This document shows positions 61,481 to 64,000 of a DNA stretch of 64,000 nucleotides, in pieces. The stretch is taken from contig NZ_CP157522.1 in assembly GCF_049075655.1 (NCBI RefSeq), positions 608,001-672,000 of the forward strand. The letters are read 5' to 3'. Position 1 is the stretch's first letter. Each line of letters starts with the position of its first letter. Origin of the DNA: Methanothermococcus sp. Ax23 (GTDB lineage: Archaea > AGJL01 > Methanococci > Methanococcales > Methanococcaceae). Below the pieces are notes generated by a model. That model saw only the letters and a program-made list of their open reading frames with translations. It had not been told where the DNA came from and did no database searches. A program made the position numbers and the translations under genes.

Positions 61481-63208
61481 TTGGGTTCAGGTGATAAAAG
61501 CGAAATTGATAACTTGTGTGATAAAGGTTTATATGATGAGGCAGTTCGTTTAGCTAAAAATAAGAAAGGGAGTAAATCAAAATCTTTACTTAAAATAGTT
61601 AAACATTTGTGTAGTAGTATGTTATACGATAAAGCAATCCAAGTGGCTAATGACATACCTGCTAATAATTATAAATACGCATCACTATTTGAAATATCTA
61701 AATCTTTATATATCAAAGGTATGTACGATAAAGCAATCCAAGTGGCTAATAAGATACCCGATAAGAACTATAAGATGGATATATTATCCAAAATATCTAA
61801 AATATCCAAATGCAAATATGATGAAGCATTAAAGTTATGTGAAGAGGGGTTATACGATAAAGCACTTCAAGTGGCTAGTGAAATTCCCAATAAAGAATAT
61901 AAATCTGAGACATTATCTAAGCTATCAAAATGTATGTATGATGATATATTAAAGTTATGTGGGGAAAGAGCGTATAATAAAGCAATCCAATTAGCTAATA
62001 AAATACCCAATAAAGAGCATAAACTTGAATCATTATTTAAAATATCAAAATGTATGTATAATAATACATTAAGATTATGTGATAAGGAATTATACGATAG
62101 GGCAATTCAAGTAGCCATTAAAATACCTAATAATGATTATAAATCTAAATCACTATCTAAAATATCAGAATCTTTATGTAATAAAGGACTATCTGACAAA
62201 GCAATCCAAGTGGTTAATAAGATACCTAATAATGATTATAAATCTAAATCACTATTTAAGATATCTCAATCTTTATGTGATAAGGAATTATACGATAGGG
62301 CAATTCAAGTAGCCATTAAAATACCTAATAATGATTATAAATCTAAATCACTATCTAAAATATCAGAATCTTTATATAATAAAGGATTATATAGTAGGTC
62401 TATCCAAATTGCTAATAAAATACCGCATGAAAGTCATAGATATGAAACTTTAATTAAAATGTCTGAATTTTTATATTGTAATGGATTATATGACGAAGCT
62501 ATTCAGGTGGCTAATGAGCTTAATGAAAAATCTAAATTTGAACTTCTGTTTAAAATATCGGAATCTTTATGTAATTGTGAATTATCTAATAAAACAACAT
62601 TAATATATGATAAAGTTATTCAGGCATCTGCTGAATTATCTAATGAACTGAATAGGTCTAAAATTGTATTTAAAATATCGGAATCTTTATGTAATAATAA
62701 ATTATATGATAAAGCTATCCAAATAGTTGGCAATATATCAAGCACATATTACAAATCGAAATCATTGTTTAAAATATCAGAATCTTTATGCAATAATGAA
62801 ATGTATGATAAAGCCATCCAAGTGGCTGATAAAATATATGATTACAATTACAAAATCAAAGCATTATTGGTAATAGCAGAATCCCAATATAAAAATGGAT
62901 TGACTAACAAATCAATGAATATATATGATAAAGCTATCCAAGTAGCTAATGCAAAACCAAAACTCTTATTGACCATAGCAGAATCATTATACAACATTGG
63001 ATTAACCAATAAGGCAGAATCTTTATATGATAAAGCCATATACATTGCTAAAAATAAGCTTAATGAGGATGTTAAATTTGAAATTATGGAGGATATTGGG
63101 AAATCACTAAACAAGGTGGGATTAACTAGTAAAGCAGAGCAATTAGCCAATGAAATCCCTAAAAGAACTAAAACCGAAAAATTCAATTTATCAGACTATT
63201 TTAATTAA
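61481..63208 (+). CDS. Alpha-solenoid (TPR-like) tandem repeat protein
   Basis: Many ~33-aa repeats of LYDKAIQVANKIPxxxYKSxxLxKISESLC. Confidence 0.8.
   Translation: MGSGDKSEIDNLCDKGLYDEAVRLAKNKKGSKSKSLLKIVKHLCSSMLYDKAIQVANDIPANNYKYASLFEISKSLYIKGMYDKAIQVANKIPDKNYKMDILSKISKISKCKYDEALKLCEEGLYDKALQVASEIPNKEYKSETLSKLSKCMYDDILKLCGERAYNKAIQLANKIPNKEHKLESLFKISKCMYNNTLRLCDKELYDRAIQVAIKIPNNDYKSKSLSKISESLCNKGLSDKAIQVVNKIPNNDYKSKSLFKISQSLCDKELYDRAIQVAIKIPNNDYKSKSLSKISESLYNKGLYSRSIQIANKIPHESHRYETLIKMSEFLYCNGLYDEAIQVANELNEKSKFELLFKISESLCNCELSNKTTLIYDKVIQASAELSNELNRSKIVFKISESLCNNKLYDKAIQIVGNISSTYYKSKSLFKISESLCNNEMYDKAIQVADKIYDYNYKIKALLVIAESQYKNGLTNKSMNIYDKAIQVANAKPKLLLTIAESLYNIGLTNKAESLYDKAIYIAKNKLNEDVKFEIMEDIGKSLNKVGLTSKAEQLANEIPKRTKTEKFNLSDYFN
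62075..62375 (+). repeat. Exact 103-bp direct repeat (62075-62177 and 62273-62375) inside the solenoid gene
   Basis: Identical TTATGTGATAAGGAATTATACGATAGG...CAGAATCTTTAT; offset 198 bp equals two repeat units. Confidence 0.9.
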
Positions 63209-63329
63209 CTAGAATTAATATTTTATTTTAAAGATTTATAGTATATTCAATTTTATACCTTCTTATTTTCGTTATTAATTTATATTATAAGATGATACTC
63301 TTTTAATCAAAATAATTTAGGAGATTAAA

Positions 63330-64000
63330 ATGGATGCCGTAGAAGTGTTGGAAAATTCAATTAAAGCATATAAATTAACAACAAAATATCATGGAAATTA
63401 TACTGATTTAAAGAGAGCTCTGTTTTTAGGATGGTATTGTAATTTAACAGAACCTTGCAAATTTTGCTACATGTCATCCCAAAAGCCGAAAATAAAAGAC
63501 CCAAAATCTGCAAGAAGAAGAATTGAAACCATACTTGCAGAGGCAATATTGATGAAAAGAATAGGCTGGAAATTGGAGTTTATCTCTGGCGGCTATGGAT
63601 ATACTGTGGAGGAATTAAATGATATACTTGAAATGGTTTCCTATGTTCAAAAATCAAAACAGTATTTAAATGTTGGAATAGTGGATTTTGAGAACTTGAA
63701 TTTAGATGTAATTGAGGGAGTAGTTGGGGCAATTGAAACAGTAAATGCGGAGCTCCACAACTACCTATGCCCGCAAAAACCAATTGATAAAACAAAGGAA
63801 ATGCTTTTAAGAGCTAAGGATTACAATTTAAAAACTGGAATTACTATAATATTGGGCATGGGTGAAAAAGAAGAGGATATTGAAAAACTTTTAAATTTAA
63901 TTGAAGAGCTTGATTTAGATAGAATTACATTTTATTCATTAAATCCGCAAAAAGACACAATATTTGAGGGAAAACCGTCCATTACCACATTAGAATATAT
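63330..64000 (+). CDS. hcgA: Radical SAM protein HcgA/HmdB (FeGP cofactor biosynthesis), 3'-truncated by window edge
   Basis: Not in the ORF track; my translation MDAVEVLENSIKAY...RALFLGWYCNLTEPCKFCYM has the CX5CX2C motif typical of HcgA; GGAG RBS. Confidence 0.85.
   Translation, partial: MDAVEVLENSIKAYKLTTKYHGNYTDLKRALFLGWYCNLTEPCKFCYMSSQKPKIKDPKSARRRIETILAEAILMKRIGWKLEFISGGYGYTVEELNDILEMVSYVQKSKQYLNVGIVDFENLNLDVIEGVVGAIETVNAELHNYLCPQKPIDKTKEMLLRAKDYNLKTGITIILGMGEKEEDIEKLLNLIEELDLDRITFYSLNPQKDTIFEGKPSITTLEY

Overview
AT-rich archaeal chromosome segment from a Methanococcales methanogen (most consistent with Methanothermococcus/Methanococcus, judged from gene content and a type-M RNase P RNA). 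It is mostly core genome: RecJ-like nuclease, cobM, pyrB, ribosomal proteins, adk/cmk, gatE, HerA, uppS, PolD large subunit, one rRNA operon on the minus strand (16S-tRNA-Ala-23S-5S) followed by rnpB, MCM, mptA, tfe, a type IV pilus ATPase/platform operon, tfb, gar1, form III RuBisCO and hcgA. Three endonuclease-type inteins are present (PolD DP2, pilus ATPase, TFB). Most notable: (1) the palindrome GAGCTC is hugely over-represented across the window (about 85 copies by manual count, in all three codon frames), like a HIP1-type highly iterated palindrome, while GATC is nearly absent; (2) a candidate replication-initiation module at 42-48 kb (MCM, degenerate AAA+/wHTH, wHTH-Zn finger, Cdc6-like ATPase) with two AT-rich spacers and two different repeat families; (3) an A9 homopolymer frameshift near the start of the pilus ATPase gene; (4) an Ala1 KlbA-type intein carrying an XRE HTH; (5) an hsdM remnant at the 3' end of tRNA-Ser. 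All calls come from motif recognition by eye; no database searches were run.
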